Assembly: GCA_965218775.1 (NCBI GenBank)
Contig: CBDCLS010000004.1
Coordinates: 983,890-1,047,889 of the forward strand
DNA: 64,000 bases
Direction of reading: 5' to 3'
DNA from: Acidobacteriota bacterium
GTDB lineage: Bacteria > Acidobacteriota > UBA6911 > RPQK01 > JAJDTT01
Shown here: in pieces, positions 9,402-18,972 of the stretch
Layout of the letters: each line of letters starts with the position of its first letter
Position numbering within the stretch: position 1 is the stretch's first letter
Translations under genes and position numbers: made by a program
Notes under the pieces: model-generated
Databases searched by the model: none
What the model was told of the DNA's origin: nothing
The model's input: the letters and a program-made list of their open reading frames with translations, nothing else

Positions 9402-9506
9402 AAGTTTCTTTTCCTGTAGGATCCAGGCGGGGCTGAGCTGGAACTTCACCGCGCAGTGACCGGCGGACTCCCCGCTATCGATGTTCGTGCCTATCTTCCT
9501 TCTCGA

Positions 9507-11010
9507 TCACTCGCTGATCCTGAAAGAGTAGAGACTGGCGTTGGTCAGGATGAACTTCAACCGGACAACCCCGCCTTTCAAGGGCGCCAGATCCTTCTTC
9601 TCTTGCCAGATCACTTTTTGCCTGAGGCCGTCTCCCTCGAGAGGCTTGCAACTGGACGCTTCGTAGCCTGAGATTACCTGGCCTTTCTCGTCCTCGACTT
9701 CGACCCGGATGGAGCCTCGCCCCCCAGGGGCATGAGTGAACAACCCTTCCCAGGTGGGATTCGAGGTTTCGCCCGCCTCCGCCATCGAGTGGACGACCGC
9801 GTTGACAGACAAGGAGCTGCCCCGAAAACGGATGGGTTTGGTCAGGACATAGCCCTGACTGGTGGCGTCGAGAGAGCAGAATCCGTCAAGCCTCAACCGC
9901 CCCAGCCCGATCTTCCCGTGGTGGTCCAGGGCAGGTGCATTGTGAAGATTGTCGAACCCGGGATAGTAGATCCAGAGTTGGTCATCCTTGACTACCGGTG
10001 CCAAAGCCGAATTCATGCCACTGTCGAAGCTCTTTCCCCCATACTCGTTTCTCATGAAGCCCAGTGGCAGAAAGACCCGGCGCCGGGCACTTCGTTCCCA
10101 ATTGGTCCCGTCCCGGCTGGACGCAAGTTGGATGTCCATCAGCTGCGAGTGGGTATGGAAGACCCTGAGGAATCCCAGATACTGGGATCCATAGGGAAAC
10201 ACTGCCATGCTGTAGAACTCGGTGTCCGATGCATCCAACTCGTCTGGCTCCAGGACCAGCCGATCGTCCTTCCAGTGGACGAAGTCGCTGCTGACCATGC
10301 GAGAAACCTTACGAAGCGGACGGATGCGCGATTTGTTGTAAAGGTAGTAGTGTTTGGAAGCAGGATCCTGCATGACAGCGAATGTGTCTCCACTGGCAGA
10401 ACAGGGGACTACTGGATTGTTCGGATGTGGCTCCCAGTGAATCCCATCGGTCGAGAAGGCCACCCAGATTCCACAGCGGCTTCGGTCGCGGGTCTGCCAA
10501 TAGGCTAGCTTGTAGCGACGGGCGGGGTCAGGATCGCTGTCATCCCGCAGCACACAGTGATACCAGTTGGAACCCATCAAGAGAATGTTGTTCTCCCGGG
10601 ATCCCCGGAATTCCACCAGACCCAGATTGGGTTTCTTCCAGTTGACGCCATCGGCCGAAGTCGCGTAGCAGAGGGATTCCTCTACATCCGGTTTTTCGCG
10701 GGCGGGCAGGGCGTTGTACCACATCCTGAAGATTCCCTGGTCGGCCTCGTAGAGGACGGTACCAGCTTCCAGGGACAGGCCGCCTCCAGGGACGATCGGC
10801 TACAAGAACGGGGTTCTCCCTTGCCTTGACGGGCGTGTGGAGACTGCGAGCGACTCCCTTCATTTCCTGTATCAGGGAGTCGTCGACGAAGAGCTGGACC
10901 CGGGACGTCAGGTCAATGGGGTCGCGCTGTTGCCCCTCCCCTGCCTGGGCAAGACCAGCCACTCCCACAAGTCCAGCGCCAAGGGCGAATCGGAGCCACC
11001 AGTTACTCAT
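9507..11010 (-). pseudogene. glycoside-hydrolase-like beta-propeller protein with a C-terminal beta-sandwich. It is a paralog of the N-terminus of 49443..52742 and has an apparent frameshift near 10745.
   Basis: The N-terminus (signal peptide MSNWWLRFALGAG..., start codon complement of 11008-11010) lies in the frame of track ORF 10540..11238. The remainder lies in the frame of track ORF 9507..10724. Alignment to the paralog (PWEGEVAYLFGSV...RMWYH) puts a 1-nt frame change around CCTGGAAGCTGG. Confidence 0.5.
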
Positions 11011-11066
11011 CTCCTGCCTCCTGATAAGATCTGCTTCAAGTTCTCGAAGTTTTGGTCCTGAGCGGG

Positions 11067-12182
11067 TTATTGTGACAGCCAATAGACCAGCGCTGCGAAG
11101 GTAGCAGCCAGAGGAAGAGTGATCAACCAGGAAATCAAGATCGCCTGGATGGTCCGGCGCTTTCCTTGCCGCGTCGCTAGCCCGAGGCCGAACAAGCTGC
11201 CGCATGACACATGCGTAGTGGACACGGGGATTCCCCAACGCGAAGCCACTACAACCAGGAACGCAGTCACCAGGTTGGCTGTGAACCCCTGCCCGTGGTT
11301 CATTCTGGTAATGCCGGTGCTCATGGTCAGCGCCACGCGACGGGCATTGAGCAGCCCCCCAGTCGCCATGGTCACTCCTACGGCCAGGAGACTCGCGGGA
11401 AGACTCACCCCGAGCCCTGTGGCCGCGATCAGCAAGGCAACTATCTTGGGTGCGTCGTTGAGCCCTCGGGCAAAGCCAACGGCTCCGGCCGAAAGGAAAT
11501 GGAGCCGGTCCAGGATCGACTGGGCATCAATGCCAACCACCCGTCCCTGATAGCGCTCCATACAAGATTCCATCTGTCCCACACTGACGCTCAGGCCAGT
11601 TGACTGAAGGACTGCGCCCCCACTCGGCTGCAACTGGACGGGCTGTGGCTCTTCCCCCTCAACACAGAGGCACATCCGTCGCTCCACGCCCATTCTCAAT
11701 CGCACAGCTCGAAGAACGGGGTACACCCCTGCCGCCAGTACCAGACTTAGCAAAGGGCTCAACCCAAGTGGAAGAAAGAAGGTCGTCCCCAATCGGCCAA
11801 GGTGGACCGAACCGGCGGCCGCGAGTCCAGCACCCACCAAAGCTCCAATCAGCGCGTGGGTGGTAGAGATAGGCCATCCCGTCAGGGTTGCCAGCATCAC
11901 CGTGATCGCCGCCCCAAGACCGACTGAAAACAGGAACGAAGGGTCATGCGTGAGTGACTCTGACACCAATCCCTTCCCGCTAAATGCCTTTACCAGCTGA
12001 CCGGAGAGCAAGGCCGCCGCACAGGAGCCCAGCAACGTTGTCCCGGTTGCCCACCACAGGGCGCGGCGATAGTTGGTTGTACGGCTGCCGAACAGAGTTG
12101 CCACGCCTTTGAAATTGTCATTGGCTCCGTTGGCGTAAGCCAGAAGCAACATCACGCTGATGAGCCAAAACACCGTGGACAT
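11067..12182 (-). CDS. inorganic phosphate transporter, PiT family
   Basis: The PiT signature GANDNFKGVATLFGS is duplicated (GLNDAPKIVALLIAA). It is a polytopic membrane protein. Confidence 0.85.
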   Translation of the reverse strand: MSTVFWLISVMLLLAYANGANDNFKGVATLFGSRTTNYRRALWWATGTTLLGSCAAALLSGQLVKAFSGKGLVSESLTHDPSFLFSVGLGAAITVMLATLTGWPISTTHALIGALVGAGLAAAGSVHLGRLGTTFFLPLGLSPLLSLVLAAGVYPVLRAVRLRMGVERRMCLCVEGEEPQPVQLQPSGGAVLQSTGLSVSVGQMESCMERYQGRVVGIDAQSILDRLHFLSAGAVGFARGLNDAPKIVALLIAATGLGVSLPASLLAVGVTMATGGLLNARRVALTMSTGITRMNHGQGFTANLVTAFLVVVASRWGIPVSTTHVSCGSLFGLGLATRQGKRRTIQAILISWLITLPLAATFAALVYWLSQ

Positions 12183-12467
12183 TCGAGATTACTCTACCCC
12201 AAGGCTGTGCAAGCCAACAACGCTAGCGATGAAACCTGTCGGGAATCAAACCGGGTCGTCGGGCTTCGTACCAATAGCCGACACTTGCGCCAGGAGGAGC
12301 TGCTCACCTACACTTCTCCGGTTGCCCGTCCATCGCCTCATGTGCCAAGTCGGGGATGGGACCCAGTCGTCCCCGGTGGTGCTGCCTCCGAGTAACGTTG
12401 CCTTGCTTTACGTTGACGGCTACAATTCGGAATGCTCTTCAACGCCTATCGATCAGGAGACTCACTG

Positions 12468-13439
12468 ATGACTAAACTCCATCGACGAGATTTTTTGAAG
12501 ACGATCCCAGCCAGCGCTGCAGCGCTAGGACCGGCGACGCAAGTTCTCTCCAAGCACCACCGGCAGAAGTTCGCTATTGGTCTTGGCTTCAGCCTGTACA
12601 ACACCCGAAGTCTCCGAACCCCAGACGCCATGAGGCTGTGCAAACGGGTCGGATACGATGATGTGGAGCCGGCGATCTATCCCGGCTGGCAGGATGACCC
12701 CATGGTTCTTTCCAAGTCCGCCCGCAGAGAGATAGCTCACCTCTTCGCCGAGCTTGGTTTAGGACTGAGCGGCCTGGACGAGGACCTGAGGGTCAACGTC
12801 GACGACGCAACCCACCGGGAAAACCTGGAACGAATCAAACGGGCGGCACAGCTCTGGCGTGACATCTACCCCTTCTGGGCCCGCACCCCAAGCCGCCGGA
12901 ATCGTCTCCCGGTGCTGGTTCTGACCCTGGGTGGGAAGACTGCCGAATGGGAACAAGTAAAGCATCGGATGGCGGAGCGGCTGCGAGGGTGGGCCGAGGT
13001 GGGCGAATCACACCAGATCCTGCTAGCCATCAAGCCCCATGTGGGGAGCGCCCTGCACTCCCCTGACGGAGCACTCTGGCTGATGCAACAGGCCGCAAAC
13101 CCCTGGGTCAAGGTCACCTACGACTACAGCCATTTCAGGGCTATGAACTACGATATGGTGGACTCTATCCGGCTTCTAGGATCGCACGCCGTCTTTACAC
13201 ACGCCAAAGATGCGACCACCGAGAATGGAAAGACTCGCTTCCTCATGCCGGGTGACGGAGACACCGATTACGTCACTTATCTCAAGGAGCTTCAGGCTCA
13301 GGGATATCGGGGATCGGTCGTTTTGGAGGTGAGCGGTCAGATCCACAGGAAACCCGGATACGATCCGGTAGCGGCAGCCAAGCACTGCTACAAGAACCTC
13401 TCCGCTGCCTTCGAGAAGGCCGGGGTCGCCAGGGCCTGA
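12468..13439 (+). CDS. xylose isomerase-like TIM-barrel protein (sugar phosphate isomerase/epimerase family), Tat-secreted
   Basis: There is a twin-arginine signal MTKLHRRDFLKT after an AGGAG ribosome-binding site. The translation is AP-endonuclease-2/xylose-isomerase-like TIM-barrel. Confidence 0.6.
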   Translation: MTKLHRRDFLKTIPASAAALGPATQVLSKHHRQKFAIGLGFSLYNTRSLRTPDAMRLCKRVGYDDVEPAIYPGWQDDPMVLSKSARREIAHLFAELGLGLSGLDEDLRVNVDDATHRENLERIKRAAQLWRDIYPFWARTPSRRNRLPVLVLTLGGKTAEWEQVKHRMAERLRGWAEVGESHQILLAIKPHVGSALHSPDGALWLMQQAANPWVKVTYDYSHFRAMNYDMVDSIRLLGSHAVFTHAKDATTENGKTRFLMPGDGDTDYVTYLKELQAQGYRGSVVLEVSGQIHRKPGYDPVAAAKHCYKNLSAAFEKAGVARA

Positions 13440-13479
13440 ACATCCCGCTTGAATCTGACCTCAACAGACCGGGTACAGA

Positions 13480-14247
13480 CTATTTTCTGGCGCTCAGACC
13501 GTAGCGCTCCAAGAGATTGATGAAGTCCTGACTCTCGCGAAGTCGATCGAAATTTGGGTCTTCCGCCAAGCGCTTCTGGTCGGAAAACCCTTCCTCCAGA
13601 GCCTTACTCAGATATTGAAGGCAGCTGTCTAGATCCCCCAATTCCGCAAACAAGCGCGCCATGTCGTAGTTCAAGTCGGCGTCGAACGCCATTCGATCAG
13701 GAAACGTCAGGCGGATTCCAGTCTTCCTCCCGAAGACTTCTGGGTCCAGCGCGAGTGCCTCTCGGTAGGCCTGGCTAGCCAGATCGTATCGTCCCCGCAT
13801 CAGCTGACCGTAACCCAGATTGAGGTAGAAATGAGGCTTCTCGGGGTCGAGAGCGAGCGCTTTCTTGAAATGGCGTACAGCCTTCTTGCTTTGCCTGGCC
13901 GAGATAGCCACAATTCCCAGGGTGTTGTGGGCAGCAGCGTAGTTCGGTTCGAGGCCGACGGCTCGCTCGGCCGCAGTTTTTGCCTGCGGATACCGTCCGA
14001 TCCGGCAATAGGCGACAGCGAGCTTGTTGAAAATCTTCTCATGATACGGATTCAGCGTAGTCGCCTCTATGTATTTCAGGATCGCTAGATGATCCTTCCC
14101 CTCTTTGAGCATCCTGTCCGCCTCCGCCATGAGGCGGTAGGCGTTGAGCACTCTTTCCTGGGGGATCGGTAGCTTGTTGATTCGGGGAGGACCACAGGCC
14201 AGCAGTGACCCTGTCACGACAATCAGTGCCCTTTGCCAGGTCTTCAT
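13480..14247 (-). CDS. TPR-repeat lipoprotein
   Basis: There are multiple TPR-like repeats. A lipobox (LLAC) follows MKTWQRALIVVTGS. Confidence 0.6.
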   Translation of the reverse strand: MKTWQRALIVVTGSLLACGPPRINKLPIPQERVLNAYRLMAEADRMLKEGKDHLAILKYIEATTLNPYHEKIFNKLAVAYCRIGRYPQAKTAAERAVGLEPNYAAAHNTLGIVAISARQSKKAVRHFKKALALDPEKPHFYLNLGYGQLMRGRYDLASQAYREALALDPEVFGRKTGIRLTFPDRMAFDADLNYDMARLFAELGDLDSCLQYLSKALEEGFSDQKRLAEDPNFDRLRESQDFINLLERYGLSARK

Positions 14248-14403
14248 CGGATCGAGCTGGATTGATTGTAACATCTGGAGTCACGCCAGTTTCCTTCGTG
14301 GCGGTGGTCTCCAGGCCGCTGTAGGTCGACCCGCTGGGCTCGACAGAAACACTTCGACCTGAAGCCCGAAGCCACCTCAGAAAACTAGAGTCTGAAACCT
14401 CGC

Positions 14404-14865
14404 ATGAAAACCAGGTTCCAACTCTATCTCAATAGATCCGGTGCCCTGGCGGCCTCGTGGGCAGAACGGTTTCTGCCCGATCCCTGGATCTACGCGGTGC
14501 TTCTCACCGTGACGGCCTATTGCGCCGCCCTGCTATTGACCGAGAGAACCCCCTGGGAGGCTGCACGCGCCTGGCACGACGGACTCTGGAATCGCAGCAT
14601 CCTGACGCTGGTGGCACAGTTCAGTATCAACCTGTTCGTCCCCTCTGAAGGGGCTCAATGGATCGTTAGCGGACCGATACTGGTGAGGACTTCTGAGGTT
14701 TTCGGATACTCGGCCGCCCAGGCGGTTCTGATCGAAGTGATGTGGGCCCTTCCGGCTCTGTCCCTGGCTGGCCTGCAGGCTCGTCAAATCATGGGCTACA
14801 CGGCTGTTGTCATGGTCTTCGCCTTCTTCGTGATGACGGTCGGCTTGACCCTACTGCCGGCCTGA
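14404..14865 (+). pseudogene. truncated AtoE-like short-chain fatty acid transporter (N-terminal ~150 aa only)
   Basis: The N-terminus resembles the AtoE family (PDPWIYAVLLT...). The reading frame ends after 153 aa, directly at a large AT-rich inverted repeat. Confidence 0.45.
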
Positions 14866-14877
14866 GGGTGAAACCCA

Positions 14878-15068
14878 AGAGGGAAGATACAAGAGACAAG
14901 ATACAAACAAATCTCAAATTCCAAGCTCCAAACGTCGTGGCCACTGGGAAATCTTTGCGAGTGGTAGCCCCGCGGGAATCGAGAACTACATCGGATCGTT
15001 TGAAATTTGGTGCTTGTGATTTGGAATTTGTTTGTATCTTGTATCTTGTCCCTTGTATCTTCCCTCTT
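14878..15068. repeat. large imperfect inverted repeat (~50-bp arms, AT-rich) flanking ~80 bp
   Basis: The left arm is gagggaagatacaagagacaagatacaaacaaatctcaaattccaagc. Its reverse complement is gcttgtgatttggaatttgtttgtatcttgtatcttgtcccttgtatcttccctc. Confidence 0.55.
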
Positions 15069-15088
15069 GCATCTTGGCTTCGCTCCCC

Positions 15089-15385
15089 CTACTGAACTCT
15101 CTCAGATACTGGTTTCATTTGATTGAGAGTGACCGAAGCCTCTGCCGCGTACTGCTGGAGCTGCGTGTTTAGCTTTTCATTGAGCAAAACTACAGAGCGG
15201 ATGCTCTGGTAGTCCAACGGCTCTTTCTCCCCTTTGTCATTGATCACAAAGGCAGGGTTGGTCTGCACTATGAAAGCCAGCAGTTGGATCAGAAAGTTGC
15301 ACTCTCCTGCCATAAAGTCCCATCGAAACTCCCGGCCGAGGAACTCCTGGATCTTCCGATTCTGTTCTTCTTGAGCTTCATCCAT
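15089..15385 (-). CDS. hypothetical small protein (98 aa), in a low-GC cassette
   Basis: The ORF is in a segment of clearly lower GC than its flanks. I found no recognisable family. Confidence 0.4.
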   Translation of the reverse strand: MDEAQEEQNRKIQEFLGREFRWDFMAGECNFLIQLLAFIVQTNPAFVINDKGEKEPLDYQSIRSVVLLNEKLNTQLQQYAAEASVTLNQMKPVSERVQ

Positions 15386-15429
15386 GCTCTACGGGTCTCC
15401 GATTTAGGGTCAGAATAAGTCAGGACGCC

Positions 15430-16032
15430 TCACAACTCCCGGTAGGACTCGGCGTAGATTCGTTTGAGGGGGGCCAGACAATAATTCTCGATGAGATCGA
15501 ATAGAAGGCCACGTCGCTCCATCAAGCGATCCTTATGATTGGGATTGAGGGCAAAACCAAGCCTGATAATATCGGCTTTATCTTTTCGAATGTCCAAGGA
15601 TACGGAGTGGGACATACGCGGGTCGAAATCAATTAGATCTCCATATGAAAAGTGATCGAACTCCGGATCGGTCCAAGGCTTCTCGTGACGGCTTCCCCAA
15701 TAGTAGGCCTTCAGCTTCTCGACAAAGAGGTCATAGTCGAATCCTGCGGACTTGTTGTTGACGCTGGCCTCGATGATCACCAATCCATCTTTGGCGTAGG
15801 CCCCTAGGCCATAGGTAACATCGAGCTCCTTTCGCCGCGCGAACTTTACCCGATGGTTCCCTTTTCGATGGAAGCGTTTGACTTCGGGCTCGACACCGAG
15901 CTGACGGTTGTCCTCCTGGGTAACATAGTTTTCCTTCGAGCGCTCGTACCAGTCGTCAATGATCTCCTGAGCAATTTTGTCCAGCTGTTCGAGCCCGCCG
16001 TTTGGTGCATCCATGGTCTCGCGTATTGTCAC
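15430..16032 (-). CDS. hypothetical protein (200 aa), in a low-GC cassette
   Basis: The ORF has plausible codon usage and sits 44 bp upstream of the 98-aa ORF. An AT-rich promoter-like region follows at 16033-16072. I found no recognisable family. Confidence 0.45.
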   Translation of the reverse strand: MTIRETMDAPNGGLEQLDKIAQEIIDDWYERSKENYVTQEDNRQLGVEPEVKRFHRKGNHRVKFARRKELDVTYGLGAYAKDGLVIIEASVNNKSAGFDYDLFVEKLKAYYWGSRHEKPWTDPEFDHFSYGDLIDFDPRMSHSVSLDIRKDKADIIRLGFALNPNHKDRLMERRGLLFDLIENYCLAPLKRIYAESYREL

Positions 16033-16072
16033 AGAATTGTTTCGTGAATGTAAATATTGTAAATTGGGTTAG

Positions 16073-16966
16073 ATGCGTGGGTTCCGCACTCTCTTCTGCT
16101 GCGGCCTCTGGTTTCTGAGTTCCTTCCAGCAGTCTCCAATCCGGGTCGAGGTAGAAGCGGTCAATATCCTGGTGTCTGTAACAGATCGAAAGAACAGGTT
16201 TGTTACCAATCTGGCCGAGAACCGATTTCATATCTACGAGGACGGGGTACGCCAGCGCGTCACCAACTTCAAGCACGAAACCGACCTTCCTCTGCGGATC
16301 GCGCTCCTGATTGATACCAGCGCCAGCGTCCGCTTGAAGCTGGATTTCGAGAAACAGGCGGCCACCCAATTCCTGCGCATGGTCATGCGGCCGCCAGACC
16401 GTGCCCTTTTGGTTGAATTCGATACCGGCGTGTCCTTAAGACACGACTTCACTTCCAGCCCCGGAGCGATTACCAAGGAGATACGGGCACTTCGAGCTGG
16501 CGGGGGCACCGCTCTTCTGGACGCCCTCCATACCGTCTCCCGCCAAAAGATGACGGATCCCGGGGCTCGTCAAGCGATAGTGATCCTCTCTGACGGTGTC
16601 GATCGGAACAGTGAGCACACGCTGGAAGATATCGTCGAAGCGGTCCACCGCTCGGGGACAATGATCTATGCCATCGGGACCACCCGCTTCGGTGCCGACG
16701 TTCAGAAGGAAGGCGAAGAGACGCTGGAGAAGCTGGCTGAGGAGACCGGCGGCAGGGCGTTCTTCCCCTACTCCACGGAAACCCTGAACCGCTCCTTCGA
16801 AGCGCTCAACGAGGAGCTGCGTAGCCAATACAGCTTGACCTACGTTCCCAGGAGCCGGGCCAAGGATGGCACTTTCCGTAAATTCGAGGTCAAGCTGCTC
16901 AAGGGGAAGGGGCTTTCTATTCGTCACCGGAAGGGATACTACGCCGCCACCGGGGAGTCCGGCTGA
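16073..16966 (+). CDS. von Willebrand factor type A (VWA) domain protein, secreted
   Basis: A MIDAS motif DTSASV is present, with GGTALLDAL downstream. It has a signal peptide. Confidence 0.75.
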   Translation: MRGFRTLFCCGLWFLSSFQQSPIRVEVEAVNILVSVTDRKNRFVTNLAENRFHIYEDGVRQRVTNFKHETDLPLRIALLIDTSASVRLKLDFEKQAATQFLRMVMRPPDRALLVEFDTGVSLRHDFTSSPGAITKEIRALRAGGGTALLDALHTVSRQKMTDPGARQAIVILSDGVDRNSEHTLEDIVEAVHRSGTMIYAIGTTRFGADVQKEGEETLEKLAEETGGRAFFPYSTETLNRSFEALNEELRSQYSLTYVPRSRAKDGTFRKFEVKLLKGKGLSIRHRKGYYAATGESG

Positions 16967-17073
16967 ACGGAATCACCATCTGACGGCACCGCGACCGCCA
17001 TGGCAGAGCCGCCGATCGTCAGGAAGAAGACCCGTCGATGTCTCCAACCACGATGAAGTAGATTCGGCATCTT

Positions 17074-17826
17074 TCAGGACGGTGCCTCCACAAGGTCGAC
17101 CAGCTCGGGAAGACTGTGGATGATCCACCGCGGGGTTCGAAGCGGAGCCTCCGGGTTCCTTCGTTCTGAAAGCCAGGCTACCTGAAACCCAGCCTCCACC
17201 GCGCCAACCACGTCGGCGTCGGGATCATCCCCCACAAACAAGCACCGTTTCGGATCGAATCCTGTCTCTTGAATCAGAATCTCGAAGAACTCCTTGGCCG
17301 GCTTTCGCCATCCCATCTCGTCCGAGATGAAAACTGCTTCGAAGAACACCTCCATCTGGAACTCCCGCAATGCCCGGCGCAGCGTGGCTGCATGGTCGAA
17401 GTTAGAGGCCAGGATGAGGCGCCGGGCCCTCAACTTTTCCAGCACTGCCCGTCGCTCGTCCGGGAAGAACATGGCATTGAAGACTTGCTCCATGTGAACT
17501 TGGCACATCAACCCTGCAGCTTTCTGATCGAGCCCAAGGCTCTGCCCCAGGATTTCGAATCGTTGCTGACAGGAGTGCTCGCGATGCTCTCGACTTCTCA
17601 GCTCCACCACCAGCCGCTGCGACTCAAGATACTCCTGATGGAAACGATTGAAGTCACACTGGCTCGGATACTCTTCCCTGAGCCGACGGTGGATTTCGGG
17701 GCTGGTGCTATAGCTCTGTTTCCCCTCGAGCTCCAGCCGGGGAAGGCAACTGCGGTCGAAGAGAATGAGAGTGTTGAAGAGATCGAAGAAGATCGCTTGA
17801 CAGGGGAACTCGTCAATGGGACTCAC
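17074..17826 (-). CDS. HAD-superfamily hydrolase
   Basis: The DxD motif sits in FFDLFNTL. The C-terminus carries GDDPDADVVGAVEAG. Confidence 0.7.
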   Translation of the reverse strand: MSPIDEFPCQAIFFDLFNTLILFDRSCLPRLELEGKQSYSTSPEIHRRLREEYPSQCDFNRFHQEYLESQRLVVELRSREHREHSCQQRFEILGQSLGLDQKAAGLMCQVHMEQVFNAMFFPDERRAVLEKLRARRLILASNFDHAATLRRALREFQMEVFFEAVFISDEMGWRKPAKEFFEILIQETGFDPKRCLFVGDDPDADVVGAVEAGFQVAWLSERRNPEAPLRTPRWIIHSLPELVDLVEAPS

Positions 17827-18233
17827 AATAGAAGTTCCCTCAATCGCTGTGGAACCGCTTTCTTCGAGTCGGTTCGGTAGTCCCAGGCTACCTGGATCGT
17901 TTGTGCCGTTGCGATGAGACGCCCAGAATTCTGGTCCGTGATCTCGTAATCGAAGTCGAAGCTGGTTGTCCCCACCCGGGACACCCAGATCTGGACAAGG
18001 AGTCGATCGTTCCAGGTGGCCGGCGAGCGGAAATCGCAGGTAGCCTTTGCCGCAATCATTTCCAGATCTTCGATCTGAGTAGCCCCCATGAAATGCCGAT
18101 AGAAGGCTACCCGAGCCATCTCGAGGTAGGTGAAGTAGACGGCGTTGTTCACGTGCCCCATGCTGTCCATGTCCCGAAACCGAACGTCGATCGGGACTCC
18201 GAGTACCTTATGGCCGGATGCTTCGGGCTTCAT
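17823..18233 (-). CDS. acyl-CoA thioesterase, 4HBT/hotdog fold (YbgC/FadM-like)
   Basis: It has the HVNNAVYFTYLE motif. It overlaps the HAD gene by 4 bp. The likely start is MKPEASG. Confidence 0.65.
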   Translation of the reverse strand: MKPEASGHKVLGVPIDVRFRDMDSMGHVNNAVYFTYLEMARVAFYRHFMGATQIEDLEMIAAKATCDFRSPATWNDRLLVQIWVSRVGTTSFDFDYEITDQNSGRLIATAQTIQVAWDYRTDSKKAVPQRLRELLL

Positions 18234-18348
18234 CTCCCCTCCCTCGGCGGGCCAGGCCGCACACAAAGCAACCCTTCTGTCTGTCTAGGTGTAGTCCTAA
18301 CTGTGGCGCCAAGACCGGCACGACGCGCTATGCGACAAGGTCCGCAGG

Positions 18349-18906
18349 CTAGCTGGCCGCGGCCGGAGTTTCCTCCGGCTGCGGATCGAGTTCGACTTGC
18401 AGCGCCAACGCCACCCGGTTGACCAGGTTGATGAAGCCGATAAGAGTGATCAGCTCAACTACTTGATCCGAGGTGTAGTGGTTGTTCAACTGGGTCCAGA
18501 ACTCGTCCGAAATGTCGTCGGGTCGAGAGGTGATCAGTTCCGCCAGCTGCAAGGTCTCCTTCTCGTAGTAGGCAAACAGATCACTCTCAGAGTATGTCTC
18601 CAGGGCATCGAGGTGCTCTTCACTCCAACCCGCGTCCAGAGCCTTGGGAGTGTAGTGCGCAATGGTGTAGGCACATTTGTCCAACTTACACGTCTTCAAG
18701 ATGACCAGCTGGAGGATCTTCTCGCTCAAACCCGTTTCGCGGGTGACCGTCTTATAGAGATCTGTCACCGCCCCTACGAAGTTCTCGCTGTGGGCCCATG
18801 TCCCAATGAGGTTGGGAACGAAACCCACTCCACTCTCGACATCGGCATAGATCGATTTGACCTTCTCACTGGCAGCAGCTGATGGAACAGGTAGATACCT
18901 GGGCAT
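18349..18906 (-). CDS. carboxymuconolactone decarboxylase / AhpD-like family protein
   Basis: The overall pattern is CMD/AhpD-like, with a CxxxH-type core region (KLDKCAYTIAHYT). Confidence 0.6.
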   Translation of the reverse strand: MPRYLPVPSAAASEKVKSIYADVESGVGFVPNLIGTWAHSENFVGAVTDLYKTVTRETGLSEKILQLVILKTCKLDKCAYTIAHYTPKALDAGWSEEHLDALETYSESDLFAYYEKETLQLAELITSRPDDISDEFWTQLNNHYTSDQVVELITLIGFINLVNRVALALQVELDPQPEETPAAAS

Positions 18907-18972
18907 GTTTCCTTCTTCCTCCTTGCGACGACGGCGCCTTCAACCGTCCGGGGCCATTTACAGCGGGTTTTA

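Noticed and set aside
9732-10508. 258-aa plus-strand ORF
   Set aside because: It is antisense to the GH-like propeller gene. It has no homology signal and low-complexity composition.
18267-18348. Intergenic segments checked for tRNA genes
   Set aside because: No cloverleaf-compatible sequence with a GTTCGAATC-type T-arm was recognised here or in other intergenic regions by eye. A tRNAscan run would be needed to be definitive.
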